A stretch of 63,875 nucleotides of DNA, counting the filler, from Porpidia crustulata (lineage: Eukaryota), in assembly GCA_964255105.1 (NCBI GenBank). It is 19 parts of 19 records of this genome, joined end to end, with 100 filler letters (N's around TTAATTAATTAA, not from the genome) between each part and the next. Parts side by side here need not be neighbours in the genome. Positions count along the whole stretch, not along the records: positions 10,279 to 13,600 come from CAXUWE010002324.1; positions 13,701 to 17,017 come from CAXUWE010002325.1; positions 17,118 to 20,411 come from CAXUWE010002326.1; positions 20,512 to 23,796 come from CAXUWE010002327.1; positions 23,897 to 27,173 come from CAXUWE010002328.1; 14 more parts are not named here. One strand, written 5' to 3'. Numbering within the stretch: position 1 is the first letter of the stretch; each line of letters opens with the position of its first letter. Position numbers and translations under genes: made by a program. Positions 12,242 through 25,480 of this stretch are shown here, piece by piece. The notes under the pieces were generated by a model, which was not told the DNA's origin, searched no databases, and worked only from the letters and a program-made list of their open reading frames with translations.

Positions 12242-13600
12242 ATGCGATCGTTACGGCCCTTACGGCCTCTTCAACAACTCCATCCTCCTTGCAGCCATCA
12301 ACATTACAATGTGAGGTCTCGACCAATCCAGTCAAGATTCTATCAGCCGGGATCGCGAGGTTCCAAAAATAAACACCGCTCCCAAGTCGAAAAAGCTCTT
12401 TTGACTTCCACCGAGGACAACCCCGATCACCGCACACTGGGCACCGAATATGAACTCTTCAGTACTCACGATTCGAGCCCCGGCTCTCCACTCTTTCACC
12501 CCAATGGCGCCCTGATATTCCAGAAATTACAGTCTTTCCTGCGCGCCCAATACCCCTCCTTCGGCTTTCGCGAAGTCATAACACCAACCATTTACAAAGA
12601 CTCGCTCTGGAAACAGTCGGGCCATTGGGACAACTATCGAGATGACATGTTTTCCGTATCTACGCGCCGTCAGCGTCCAGCCCTTGCTGCGAGGGAGGAA
12701 GCTGCTACGTCACTAGGTGCTTCGCGCACTTCCCGCTCTGCAGGAGTTCTGTTCGAAGGGTTTCAAACAGGAAAGATCATTGAAGATTACGATGACACCC
12801 ACAAAGACAACGACAATTTACAAGGCGAAGGCTATGGTCTGAAACCAATGAATTGCCCAGGTCATTGTCTACTTTTCAAGAGCCGTAAGCTCAGCTACCG
12901 AGAACTCCCCATCCGCTACGCAGATTTCAGCCCTCTACATCGGAGCGAGGCTTCTGGGTCGTTGAGTGGACTGACTCGTGTGCTCCGTTTTCACCAGGAT
13001 GACGGGCACATCTTCTGCCGACCGATCCAAGTGGGCTGTGAAATTGAAAGACAATTAGAATTCATCAACATGGTTTACAAAACCTTTGGCATGAACATTC
13101 ACAAAGTCGTACTGAGCACGCGGCCTTTGGACGGGAAATACATTGGCCAAGTCGATGAGTGGGCAAGAGCAGAAGAGCAGCTGAAAAGCGCCTTGATGGA
13201 CAGCGGACTAAGCTGGGAATTCAACGAAGGCGATGGCGCGTTCTACGGCCCTAAAATCGACATCATCCTCGCCGACTCCGACGGTAAGCAGCACCAAACC
13301 GCCACCATCCAACTCGACTTCCAGCTCCCCAAGCGCTTTGAACTTGAATATGAGGCTCCCGCTCCAGAACAAGAGCGCCTTGGCCTCAAGACCTCCGACC
13401 CAACCCTGCTCGAGCAAAAAGGCATGGTCGTGCCCGTCATGATCCACCGCGCCATCCTCGGCTCCTTTGAGCGCTTCATGGCTCTACTGATCGAACACCA
13501 CAAAGGCCGCTGGCCCTTCTGGCTCTCCCCTCGCCACGCCATTGTCCTCTCGGTCGGCGACAATCCCAAAGTCCATGATTATGCCTCCACCCTCTGCGAC
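12242..13600 (+). CDS. MST1: Mitochondrial threonyl-tRNA synthetase, 3'-truncated
   Basis: DHRTLG, LWKQSGHW, LKPMNCPGHC, GLTRVLRFHQDDGHIFC, GDGAFYGPKID, TIQLDFQLP, IHRAILGSFERF and WPFWLSP motifs; Arg-rich presequence and no N-terminal editing domain. Confidence 0.93.
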
Positions 13601-15098
13601 NNNNNNNNNNNNNNNNNNNNNNNNNNNNNNNNNNNNNNNNNNNNTTAATTAATTAANNNNNNNNNNNNNNNNNNNNNNNNNNNNNNNNNNNNNNNNNNNN
13701 GTTGGGTGGATTGGTTGGGTGGGGAGGATGTTTGGGAGGTGAATATGTGGTCTTGTTAGTTTCTTCTTTTTGGGTGATTGCGGAGAGTGAAATTTCGCGA
13801 TTGGGTGGAGGTGTTCTTTACTGTACGTAAAAGGCTGGTTTGTTGTTTATCGTCTGTGGTTCAAGTTTTTGATGTTTGGAATCGTATCATCCAAATTTTC
13901 GATGTCTTGCTTTTACGAAATGAACCCGTGAAGGCCCATTTTCTTCTTTTCCTCCTACCAAAGGCCCCTCGCGATATGACCCACTCGACCAACCCAGTTC
14001 CTCCATATCACTACATTCCACTCTCCCTATCTCCAACCCCCGCAAATCCTAAATCCCGCGCTCATTCTCCTCCCCACCGCGCAACCTGATCCATTGATGT
14101 TTCGACGCGCCTGCTCGATTCGTTTGTTAATGTCTAGGTTTGGGTTCAGGTTTGAATTCGGGTTCAAGATGCTGGAAATCGCGTGTCTGGGTTCGTTGGT
14201 ATTGAGGGGAGAATGGGACGATCGCGGGGTCTTAGTTGCTGGTGTGGGTCCTTAATGCGGGATTTTGGTAGGGGTGGAGGTGTTGGAGGTTGATGAGGGG
14301 AAGGGAAGAGGGATTTGTAAGGATTCAGTAAACACGGCAAGGCGTCAAGGGGGTTGGCGGAAGGGTATGGGGGTGGTTTTAAGGAGTGGCTATCATGAGT
14401 TGCGAAAGAAGTATGGAGGAGCCGGTTCGGGGTTGGTTGGAACCAAATACAGTATGTAGTCTTGCAAGGAAGCAAGACTTGTTTGCAGATGCGGAGCGGG
14501 TGTGTTTAAGATGTTTTGATTTGATGAATGTTAGAATGTGAGGGTTGGAGAGGCTGTCGGGAAGAAGCTTGTTGAGAATTCTTTATAAAAATGAGAGGGT
14601 TAGAGGAGCGCTTGCGATGAAAGAAGGTTGTCAATAGACTCTGTGGACTTTGATATTCTCACTTTAGTCTCCTTGGCTTTGTGGATCCTGATCCTGCGCG
14701 TCGGATTCTTTGCGCAACGAAAAAGATCGTCTTTGATGAGCTGCTCCGTAACTCGCTATGATTTCCTCTCCTGTCTTTGTTGCTTTCTCCCGCCCGCTGC
14801 CAACTGATATCTGCTTTCCTGAGCGAGTCGTCTATAATGTGAAGACGTAGTGTCATACACGATTTCCTTTATGCGGACTCCTTTGAATGGGCGACATAGT
14901 TTGACTGCTGAAACTTGTCCGGGATGATTTGTAGATCTGTTGAGTTGATGTGGGTTTATTTATCGTGGGAAAAGAAAATGGAAAAGCGACAAACACCCGT
15001 CATAAACCAGGCAGGTACTACATACTTTGATAGATAAGAATCACGTAACTAGAGACTTGGAAAACAACAGAATCATTTCTAAATTCTTTTGCGTACCT

Positions 15099-16431
15099 CT
15101 AGTCATTGTAGGTATTGTGCCATGCTGGGATACGAGATGTACTTGACATTAGACGGTTGGGGGAAACCCCTCCTAAGTGGGGATCATCCAATTCGGTGAT
15201 GGGCGGTATTGTTTCTATATTTTGTATCATCGTTTCCACATCGGCATCGGTAAGTTCTTCTGCCTCAATTGCATCTTCATCATTATCATCGTCATCTAGG
15301 TCGCGATCAACAGTCATTCCTTTTAGCAAAGAGTCTACTCCATCGGCCACGTTGTCCTCTTGGTCGAGCGCTTTAGTATGAATTTGGTGCCGCGGAAGGA
15401 ATCCAGCCGAAAAGGTGGCAACACTTGGTGGTGCAGAGCTCAAGGTTGGCATCAAACCTTGCTGCAAGGAAGGCCGTACTGGTATTGAGAATTTCCCGCT
15501 GTTGATTCTGGCACTCGATACACTATAAGGTGAGCCACCAGGGACATATTCGTAAGCCGTGTGATAAGACTCATTGAGCGAGTGTGCAAGGGAGGCGTTC
15601 CTGCCTATTGTATCCTTCATAGCCCTGATTAAAAGGCTTTGGTTGTCTTTGATCATCCCTGGTGTAATGCCCTCCTCTCGTAGAATTCTCCCTAAATTCA
15701 TCCAGGTCTGGCGCCCTTCTGGCGAAGATGCGTCCAAACTGTTCGGCAATATTTCAGATCCTTGTCGTGACGTCAGAAGTCCTTTCAATTGGGTCTCCAT
15801 GCGGGCTTGGGACTGCTCAATGCGCTCTTGTGCACTTTCCACTCGCGTCTGCGAGCTTGTAATTTGGTCTTGAGAATCCTGGATACGGCTTTGAGATGAT
15901 CTGGTGCACAGTCAGCGAGGAAGAGGACAAATGCTGGAAATGGCAAAAGCACTGTATTAACAGAACATTATATGCAGTCATTTTCTCAATCTGCGCGGTA
16001 ATTTGGCGTCGAGCATCCGGTATTTTCCTAGCGACGCTTGCGTGTCGAACTCTTTCGCGAAACTGGAGAACGAGGCTTTGGGAACCCGAGGATTTCATGT
16101 CAAAGGCGCGTATGCCATCATAGCTTCTCTGATATGCGTGTTTCCGAATTTGTTCCCGATAATGGGGCGGCAAGAAAGTTCCCATGATTGTGGAGCAAAG
16201 GAGCTCCTCACAGTGGTCACAGTGTCTTTTGAGCGAGGAGAGTTCGTCTGCGTTTAGGTGGTGTTTTATATCTCGTATAGTGTACCCCATCTTCACCAAG
16301 ACTCCGTGGAACAGCAGGACGTCTATGGCAAACACTTGACAATCTACCGTTCCCGTCTTGAGCGCTTCGTAGATCTGCCATGCAAGCTGAGCGCAGCCGA
16401 GAAAGTCGGAGATACTGAAGCCGAAACTCAT
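15099..16431 (-). CDS. Protein with fungal STAND/NACHT N-terminal (HeLo-like/SesA-type) domain, coiled coil and acidic tail; no NTPase domain
   Basis: MSFGFSISDFLGCAQLAWQIYEALK N-terminus; intron about 15901-15952 (GTGCTT...CTGAC...CAG) joins the two ORFs in frame. Confidence 0.7.
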
Positions 16432-17117
16432 GGCTGCGTTGCGCTACGACATAGAATAATGCTTCATCCAGAACTCCGCCAGAAGACGGCGAGTCACAGC
16501 GCTTCACTTATTTCGAGCTTCGTGATTCGTGGTACGGGCAACGCAGATGGAAGACTTTGTTTGTCTCATGGCTCATCTTCAGGCAGAGAAGGATGTCAGG
16601 TCCACGCTATCAGATCTATCACAATCTTGACGGATTAAGGCATAGTGGCTGTGTCTGTTGAACAAAAGCAATAGAGGGCAAGGCAGACCAGTGAGTCGGA
16701 CTCCAAGGCGCCTGAATGTGTCGGTGCATGCATATACTTGGTATGGAGGTAGATACTACTGCAGTCTGTGGTTTGTAGATACCTATGATGGAGGTCTACC
16801 TGGGCGCCTGATTGGCGGCCGATCGGAACGGGACGAGACTCCCCGGGAGGCTGAGCGTATTGAGCCTATGGAGCCTGTCGAAGAGTCTCTAGCTAATCAT
16901 TCTCGCTTACTACTAACGCAGCGCTTATTGTGTGGCCCGTGACCATTTGCTTACCCAACACCCCCCAATCCCTCCAACCCTTTAACTTGTATGCGAAATA
17001 GCCACACTTCTGCAGCANNNNNNNNNNNNNNNNNNNNNNNNNNNNNNNNNNNNNNNNNNNNTTAATTAATTAANNNNNNNNNNNNNNNNNNNNNNNNNNN
17101 NNNNNNNNNNNNNNNNN

Positions 17118-19507
17118 AGTGGGGACATTGAGGGATTACTCACATCCTTCTTGATGCCATCGAGCCACTCTGGATGACGCTTCTCCACGTGTTTCCTCCA
17201 GAAACCGTCGCCCTTGAAGAGCTTGGTACATTCTGGCACTTTGCATCTAAATTTTGCTTCATCTTCTTGTTTGACATGCTTTTTGAGCTCCTCATCTAGA
17301 CCTTCCTCAACAGGCTTCCCACCAAGCTTCTTGACATCAACATTCTCAGGTTCTAGGATTTGCAAGATCTTTTCTTCAAATATCTTTACCCAATTGAATG
17401 CACGAAGAAGCTGCTGGTCGTTCTTGAACCCATTCCGTTGAAACTTCTCAACTACCGGAGAACCCGCCTCGCCATCTTCAATTGCTGCAGAAGACTCTTT
17501 GCGCTTGATAGGAAATGGCAGGCCAGACGCGCTCGCTCTTGCGGCAGCTTTTGCTGCAGAGCTCAGACTGGCCCGGGGACGACGTAGGTGACCACCCGGA
17601 CATTTTCGAATGAGTTCATGAATTGAGTCGCTCTCAAACACACAAAAGAAGCAAAAGTTGAAGACTCTACGCAGGTACTCAACCAAAAGGTCCAGTGTCT
17701 TCTTCTTGACCAGCAATTCCTCGCTGTCAATCTCCTCATCAAAAGCTCCTTCCTCCTCCTCGTCTTCTTCCTCGTCTTCCTCCCCATCCTCCATCTCCTC
17801 ATCGTCGACACCCACTATCTGCGTACTTTTCTTTTCCGGCTTCGTACTAATGGTGCCGGATGCTGGAGGTTGTAACCATCCTTTGGCTTGGAGTTCTGTC
17901 ACACGCTGCTCTACTTTGCTTACGCCGTCAGCGTCAGTCCCAAAGTTCTGATCGAACTTGGAGACCAGGCGTTTAGCTAGTTCCAGGTCTCGGTCGATGC
18001 GTTCAGGTGCAGAGAATAGATCCCATAAAGCCTTCTTCCTTGGTTCTCTTGGTGGGACATGGACACCAACATGACAGGTAAAATCTCCTCGAGATTCGTC
18101 ATAGATGGTTTTGCCGTTGATCGCTTCGAGCGCCTTCTCGGCAGTTCCGAGCATGGTCTTCGGCTCAGTCACTGCGCCATTCTCCTCGCCTTCTCCTTCG
18201 TTCTCCTCATCTCTACCATCCCCTCTTTCTGTAACGTTCTCAACCTCGGCGCTTGGATGGAGCATGATCCACCCGATTCGATGACACTTCTTCAGAGGAT
18301 TCGGATCACTTAAGCTCAGCCACCTGAAGCCCCCATCGGAGTCTCCTAGGTGCTCTTTACAAAAATCTTCGATTTTTCCACGACTTACCGTGGGCGCAAG
18401 AGTTTTGATAAGCAAAGCAGGCTGTAATGCAGACTCGTCACGAATATCTCCACCTCGGCTAGGAACAAGATCGCCAACGCCAAGAACTTCAGCCGCAGCA
18501 ACAGTTTCACCTTCTTCCCTCTCAACAACACCGCCAACGCCATTGCTTTCTGCTTTGTAGATTCCTTCCAGCGTGAACTCATCAAATATTCCGTTCTCAA
18601 CATCGCGCTCCCATTGACCGAGCGCACCTCGCCTGAAATCGGCCAGGCGTTGACGGAATGGGTCGCGTATTTCTGGCAGATATCGCTCTTTGAACCATTC
18701 TTCACTTTTGTGCTGTTGCACAAAAGTCCGAGCCATCTTGATCTGCAAATCCTCTTTGTAGGCATCATAAGCAACCTGGATCTGGGCTCTCTCCTTGTCA
18801 CGGTCTTCCCGGGTTTCTCGTTCACCTTTGATGCCTCGTTCGAATGGCCTCCGTCCTCCTTCTTTTTGACGTTCCTTGTCTTCTTTTATGTCTCGCTCGA
18901 CACGCCACCATTCTGCGAACCAATTGAAGCCAACCTGGAAGTCAAGACTAAGAGGATTTGCCAACGGGTTATTACGAATCGGAGGCTTTGCAGGAGTTTG
19001 GCCTGGGACGTAGCGATCGATATTTCCCAAGGGTGAAGGTGCCCTACGGCGATCCTCGCGGTCGCGGGAGGCGTGGTCTCTGGATTGACCATAGTAGTCG
19101 TCTCGAGGCACTCGATCACTAGGTTGGTAACGATCAATCATGACAGGGGAACGAGAGCGGGCTCGAGCGCCACGATGACCTCCACGACGGTCGTGCATGC
19201 CTATCAAGAAACGTGTAAGTACATGCAATGCTTCGAAGAGTAAGGAAACGACGACCAGCTTATCATGAATATAATTGGGGTGAATGGACGACATATTAGC
19301 AGTGATGCGAATAGAAGTGAGAAGTATAGCAGCTCGATTATAAAACAGAGGTGCAGTGTCGTTCATTTAATCCATGATTAGAGCCTTACCAGGGGATCTC
19401 CGAGAGCGATAACTATCATTGCCAAGTGGGCGTTCAAACGTGTCGTCGCGGCCATTCCATCGAGTTTCGGCCTTGATGGAGGGAGAGCGGTAAGTTTCGA
19501 ACTCCAT
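17118..19507 (-). CDS. SERRATE/Ars2 family zinc-finger protein, 3'-truncated
   Basis: FVQQHKSEEWFKERY, LDLLVEYLRRVFNFCFFC and the C2H2 finger FRCKVPECTKLFKGDGFWRKHVEKRH; first exon 19507-19390, then an intron to about 19201. Confidence 0.9.
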
Positions 19508-20511
19508 AACAGCGATGCTATGGCAACGGTAGTTCTCGTCTGGAAAGACGGTTATTATAGTATTGAATGAAGCGTTTGACTTTCGAGTATGGTGAATAGG
19601 GCCGTGATTGAGGTTCTTGGTTAACGTTAAGTGATTGCTGGAGGATAAAAGAGGGTGAATGTGGGATTAGGGCTGTTTATCGACATTGTCTCGTGTCAGA
19701 GTAACTTCAATATGTAGAGTATGTGAAGAAAATGAAGTGCATAAAGGCAATTAGGGTGCTAAAAGGGCGTATGAAGGAAGAAGCAGTATTCCTGAAGAAT
19801 GTGATAAGGAGGGGTGCAGAGGGGCTGAGAGAAGATGGAGGGCAAATGGTAACGAATCCTGAGCCAGGCCACAAGGATCATGAGGTAACAGCAGATGATG
19901 AGGGTTTGAATAGCAATGTAAGGGCATTGTATGTATACGTGACAGAAAACTCACGTTTTGCCTATACTGGGGATCACTGTTGAGTAACCACCAGGTCGGA
20001 AGTTGTATGGAGGAGAAGCTGAGGCTGGCACGCCGTGCTTTAGGTAGGGACTACGGTGGGCGTTAGCCTAGCTTGCGCAAGGCGCTTAAACACAAACGGA
20101 GGGCTAAAGCGCTGGTCGCGAAACTGAATCCGGGAAGGCGTAGCTCAACTACTTATGCAGGGTGCATCGAGGGAAGAGGAAGGCAGCTATCGAGACGCGA
20201 CAGCATTCTTTTGCACACCGTTGGACAGACTATATATTCACAAAGCAAGAAGCTGATCTTCATACGGTACGTGATACAAGCCTTTATGTCAACGATCAAA
20301 CATCCACGCCACGATGCATGAAAAGCCGCCTATTCACAAGCTATTCAATCGCAGTACCGCACACTGACTTATCTGAATGCATAGACCCAGCAATAATGAC
20401 ATCCTACATTCNNNNNNNNNNNNNNNNNNNNNNNNNNNNNNNNNNNNNNNNNNNNTTAATTAATTAANNNNNNNNNNNNNNNNNNNNNNNNNNNNNNNNN
20501 NNNNNNNNNNN

Positions 20512-21135
20512 CTCTCCCGCTCCCAGCTCCACCCCAACCCTTTCACCCAGTTCCATACCTGGTTCACCCACGCCCAGTCCTCCCACGTCCACCAGCCCGA
20601 GACCGTCTGCCTCTCGACCGCCTCCCTGCCCTCGGGTTCCGTTTCCTCGCGTTTCGTGTACCTCAAGGAGTTGGACGAACGTGGCTTCGTCATCTACAGC
20701 AACTGGGGCACCAGCCGGAAAGCGGACGATGTGCGCAGTAACCCGCGCGCGAGTCTAGCGTTCTGGTGGCATGAGCTAGAGCGGCAGGTGAGAGTGGAGG
20801 GTCGCGTCGAGCGGCTGGAGGAGGCGGAGAGTCAGGCGTATTACGACCTGCGGGCGCGGGGCAGTCAGATCGGGGCGTGGGCAAGCGAGCAAAGCAAGGT
20901 TTTGCCGGAGGAGGCGGGGGGCAGGGAGGTATTGGAGAAGCGAGTGAGGGAGGTGGAGAAGAGGTTCGAGGGCCGGGAGGAGATCCCGGTGCCGGAGTTT
21001 TGGGGAGGGCTGAGGGTGGTACCGGAGATGGTCGAGTTTTGGCAGGGGAGAGAAAGTAGGCTGCATGATCGGTTTCAGTATCAAAGGGATGAGGCGGTTG
21101 AGGGGGAATGGAGGGTCGAGAGATTGAGTCCGTAG
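20512..21135 (+). CDS. PDX3: Pyridoxamine 5'-phosphate oxidase, 5'-truncated
   Basis: SRFVYLKELDERGF, ERQVRVEG, SQIGAWASEQS, EFWGG, EFWQGRESRLHDRF and ERLSP* motifs. Confidence 0.95.
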   Translation, partial: LSRSQLHPNPFTQFHTWFTHAQSSHVHQPETVCLSTASLPSGSVSSRFVYLKELDERGFVIYSNWGTSRKADDVRSNPRASLAFWWHELERQVRVEGRVERLEEAESQAYYDLRARGSQIGAWASEQSKVLPEEAGGREVLEKRVREVEKRFEGREEIPVPEFWGGLRVVPEMVEFWQGRESRLHDRFQYQRDEAVEGEWRVERLSP

Positions 21136-21266
21136 GTTAGCGGTCTTGAGTGAATTTCAAGGACAAGAAACGTTTCTTCTTCCGGAGGACATGTATTATA
21201 AAGCTAAGCGTTCTTGAGATGCGCATAAAACTCCCACAGCCATTGCTCTTCGAGCGAGGGTGCCCT

Positions 21267-23033
21267 TCATATTGTATACGCTTCCGCTCCTTTCCCAAAT
21301 AGAAGGTGTGGCTTTCTCTCAGCCACATCCAAGATTGTCTGGGCAAAGACCGAGTTTGCCCACGCAAACCAAGGCCCTTCAGGAGGATCAGCGTCTGGGG
21401 TCTAGTAACGGTGAGGTGCACTTACTAGTATAATCCGCGATGCGCTCGACATTGATACTCTCATGCACAAGACCAAGTCTGCTTGAATCCCGTACCGCTT
21501 CCAGGGCATCACTAATTTCATTATCATTGCTGCTCGTCATTGCTTGCACTAGCCTGCTCATGGGCCATGCAAATTGCACCCCAATATGAGGCCCCCCAAT
21601 GCCAGAAAAGCCCTTGCCCTTCAGAAAGTATGGGTTCCCGGACTTCTCTAGGATCATCTTTCGGGTATTTTGATATATCTTGTTTTCCACGTCAACAAAA
21701 CCGAGTAGGGGAAGCCCGAGCAACGACGGAGAATTGGCATCATCCATGATTACAGAAGATCCATAACCATCAATTTCGAAGGCAAACACGTCGCCGTATC
21801 TCTTATGGTGTACTACGCCGTGATCCCAGATGCCTTTCTTGATGCCTTCAGACCACCTGAGTAGGGTTTCAGCGAGGTTTGCTTTGCCGGCCATTTTCAC
21901 CAGATTTGCAGTCCGTTGTAGCTCCACTGACATCATCGCATTCGAGGGAATAAGGAAACCGAAGATAGTTGCATCATCGCTTGGTCGGAACGCACTTCGA
22001 ATGAGGCCTGTACCGTCGGCAAGAGGATTACCAATTCCTCCGAGGTTCAGAGTTTCTGTCCCCACAACAGTTTTGCGCCGGAAAATATATTCGTTCCTTT
22101 CATATGCTCCTGTAGTGGAGTTGAAAGTTGGTCGAGATTGCTGATCTAGGACCGCCAAGACGGTGTCTAGAGCGGTGTACCATCTGGGTGATAGGAAATC
22201 TCTTGAGCCTGTGTTTTCATGAAATTGGTTCCCCAATGCCAGGAAATGAGCTAGCGAATCAAGTTCCCACTTGCATTCAAATACTCTGGACTGTTCATAG
22301 ACTGGATGCACTGTGTCGTCCTGTCCGTTGGCTACGGCTGAGAGACGGCTTGGCGGAGGTGGCTGGAAGGCGTTGCAATACGGAGACTCGATTACGTATT
22401 CAGCTTGCGTGTTGATGGCACCAAGAAGAAGGCTTTCTAACTTCTTGTCCTTCTTTGCCAGCGGCTGGTATTGCTTCAACTGGTTCGTTGAATCCCTCAA
22501 CCACTCTGCATTGATGTCGCCCGTTACAATAAAACTTTGAAGACCTTCCCAGTGTCCTTCATTGTGCGAGAGCTGGAAATACTTCTTGCTTTGTCTCTTC
22601 TTGCCTCCATCGTCATGCCATCTAATAGTGGTATCGAGGGTATTTGGGAAAGCATTCTCGAAAATTCGAGCGAGATCCTTGTCTTTCATGCGTGATGTAA
22701 CATCTTTAATAACCTGTTCTACAAGAGGAGACGAGAATGTTCGGCAATGTGGAGATGGTCGTTGAGACGGCAAGTTCAGAGGTCCGTGGCTCAAAGGCCG
22801 GCTGGAGCATTGATCAGCCTCACGCAGTCGGACCCAATGCGCAGGGTTTTTTAAACGTACTGTGCAACCGTTGAAAAGAGAAGATAGTCTGGACAAGCCT
22901 GCTTGTATCTGTCTGGATCAATACCAGACCTCAGAGTATCTTGATTTAATGGTTTGGCTACTCCTGCAGCTTCGCCGAGATTGTGGAACAAGCTGCTTGT
23001 AAGCAGACGCAGAACTGCGAATAGCAGCAACAT
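21267..23033 (-). CDS. Glycoside hydrolase family 125 (exo-alpha-1,6-mannosidase, Mug157-like)
   Basis: FENAFPNTLDTT, TGDINAEWLRDS, FECKWELDSL, SAFRPSDDA, MDDANSPSLL and GGPH..FAWPMS motifs; last exon RPWFAWANSVFA after intron 21377-21425; start codon uncertain. Confidence 0.9.
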
Positions 23034-23900
23034 AGCTCCTGCCAATGATCTTCGTCGATCTCACGAAGAGCTGCCCCAAGGCCTCGCGCTTTTTACCAGA
23101 GATAGCTGCAGCAGGCAGATATGAAGATAGCAATTTTAAAGCCGACCCTAGAAGATCTTTGATACATGTCTACACCGCGACGTAAACGATGCAGAATAAA
23201 TAACAACCAACATATGATTTTGTGTCCATACCACTTGTTCCACGACCACGACAGGATGATAATCTCTTCCTCAAGGGGATGGTGCTGAGCTTTGCTGTAC
23301 CCGTACTGTCACGGTTGGCACGTGACATCGGATAAAGGTAAAATCCGGTGTTAGAAAAAGTTGGTGTTAGGACTTTGGGCACGGTACGGTTCATTGATTT
23401 CCTACCACTTGGGAGATCAACACCGGAGTTGGGCTTGGCACACCTACTTAACGGCCTGTTTCTTGCTTGTTTCTTACTTTCCTTTCTTCTTCGTGCAACG
23501 TCTTGTATCTAAAACCCTAGTTACTAGAACACAGTCTTTGCCCCAGTCCAGTCCCGTGACACGTACGAGTAGCCCGCGGCTGTCTACCATTTATCAGGGG
23601 TATTAACTGTTAGTACGTGGCTTTTGGCTATACCCGATTTGACATCGCTTATGATCAGTATATCTATTTTTAAATCTAGTATGTTTTTCATCTGCATCAA
23701 TAACGATCTGACAACGATTAGACATTTTGTCAATCAGTTGATTTTGTTACGATCAGACCTTCCCCAACATCCCCAGCAGCCCACCGGATCAAGGTGNNNN
23801 NNNNNNNNNNNNNNNNNNNNNNNNNNNNNNNNNNNNNNNNTTAATTAATTAANNNNNNNNNNNNNNNNNNNNNNNNNNNNNNNNNNNNNNNNNNNNGAAC

Positions 23901-23995
23901 GCTGCTCACTGTGCTCAGTACCATGAGCACGGTGAGCGGTATCCTTATTACCCTTTGCCCGCGTAGTCCCCGTTCCAGGTGGGGTTTCCACCTGG
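23901..23995. repeat. Two adjacent inverted repeats (17-bp and 8-bp stems)
   Basis: GCTGCTCACTGTGCTCA-gtacca-TGAGCACGGTGAGCGGT (three G:T pairs) and CCAGGTGG-ggttt-CCACCTGG. Confidence 0.8.
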
Positions 23996-23997
23996 GG

Positions 23998-25480
23998 CTA
24001 ACACAGAGCTTGTAAACATGTATCGTCATTTGTCATTCTTCGAAACGTTAATTGCGATACGTCTGTAAATTGTGAGAGACGATCGTTGATTCTTTCAAAA
24101 GCTATTTGTTTCATGCGAGAGAGAAGCATCTGTTGATTCGAAAAGCGATCTCGAAAAGAAAAATTGCCGAACGCCAACACTTGAAGTGCTGTTACGTCAT
24201 CAGATTCAAACGCTCATTGTGCGAAGGTCAGCTTCTCAGACAGAATCTCTGAAAACAAGACACGAGCTTTCTGTTTGATGTTCGTCGATATGAACTCATG
24301 AAAGATGTTCTTGACGATGTCATCGACTCTGAATGAATCGCGGTCACTTGACGTGGATTCGTTGTTTGAAATAACACGTCCACACTCGCCTGATCTTGCT
24401 TCGTCTGTCAGAACGAGACCGCTTGAGGAGATGATGCTTGAATCGTCATTGTCCGATGACTCGCCATCAATCGTGTGATTATATTGTTCGTCACTGCTAT
24501 GCTCCTTACTGTTTGCATCTTCGCTGCTTGATCCTTCATTTCTCGACAGACCGTACGTGGATGGCATAGACACGGCCTTTTGATGTGCAATAGTCTATAT
24601 TTCGACCGTGGAGTGATCATGCTCGAGACAGGTGCCTAAGATGAAGCGAGTTGGGCCAGCAATCAGTCTATCGTCGAACTAACGCTACTGAGAGGGTTAA
24701 GAGCATACCAAGTACATGAAAGTCACACAGTTCAACATACTCGAGGTTGCCTCCGCGAAACAAGTCGAACATCGATCCGTCCCAACTCAACATGTTATCT
24801 GCAAAGAGTTCAAAATCTGAGAATTCGTCATCGAGATCGACGTCTCTTTCGTGATATATGACTCGCTTCAGCGTCGGCTTGTGATGAAAGGACTGCGTCC
24901 CAATACTTATTGATGATTGTCTCAGGTCCATGAACCAGTATGAATAGATCTTTCAGACCATCAAACATTTCAAGGAATCTGCACGCTGCCGGCGTAGAGC
25001 TGAAAGATTTCAGATCGTCACTGCACACGACTAGCTTCAGAGACGTCAGACAGATGATTTGATGTGAATTCACTAGCATTTCCAGCAGAGCGTTTGTTTC
25101 AGAGCAATTCCGTAGCTTTAAGGTTTGAAGCCGATCGAAGTTGAAAGCGGACGTCATGTCCTTGATCGATCTTCGAAAGGACACCGTCGACAGCGATAAG
25201 CTGCTGAGGCGTGAGAACAGCACTCTTCTTTTGACGACTTCCAATTTTAGGACGTGTCGAGCGAAGCGGTTTCTGAAACGATTTGCACGGCCGTTGCGCA
25301 ACTGCTCATTGACATCGACTCAGTCGAGAAGATTCAGCCGAGAATATTCAGCTTCAACTCCTCTAAGTGTTTCATATTCCCTTGAAGAATCTTCGCTAAT
25401 GCATTGAACTTCTCTATGAATTGTAAGACTCGTCAACAGAGATGTCGAAGACGCGTGAGAAGAACGAGAGAAAGATAGAT
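23998..25480 (-). pseudogene. Hypermutated fungal F-box/LRR-like gene
   Basis: Fragments LQTLKLRNC...LTSLKLVV and FAQ*AFESDDVTALQVLAFGNFSFRDRF; TGA stops at expected Trp positions, G->E/D and P->S changes, visible CC/GG depletion; boundaries approximate. Confidence 0.7.
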
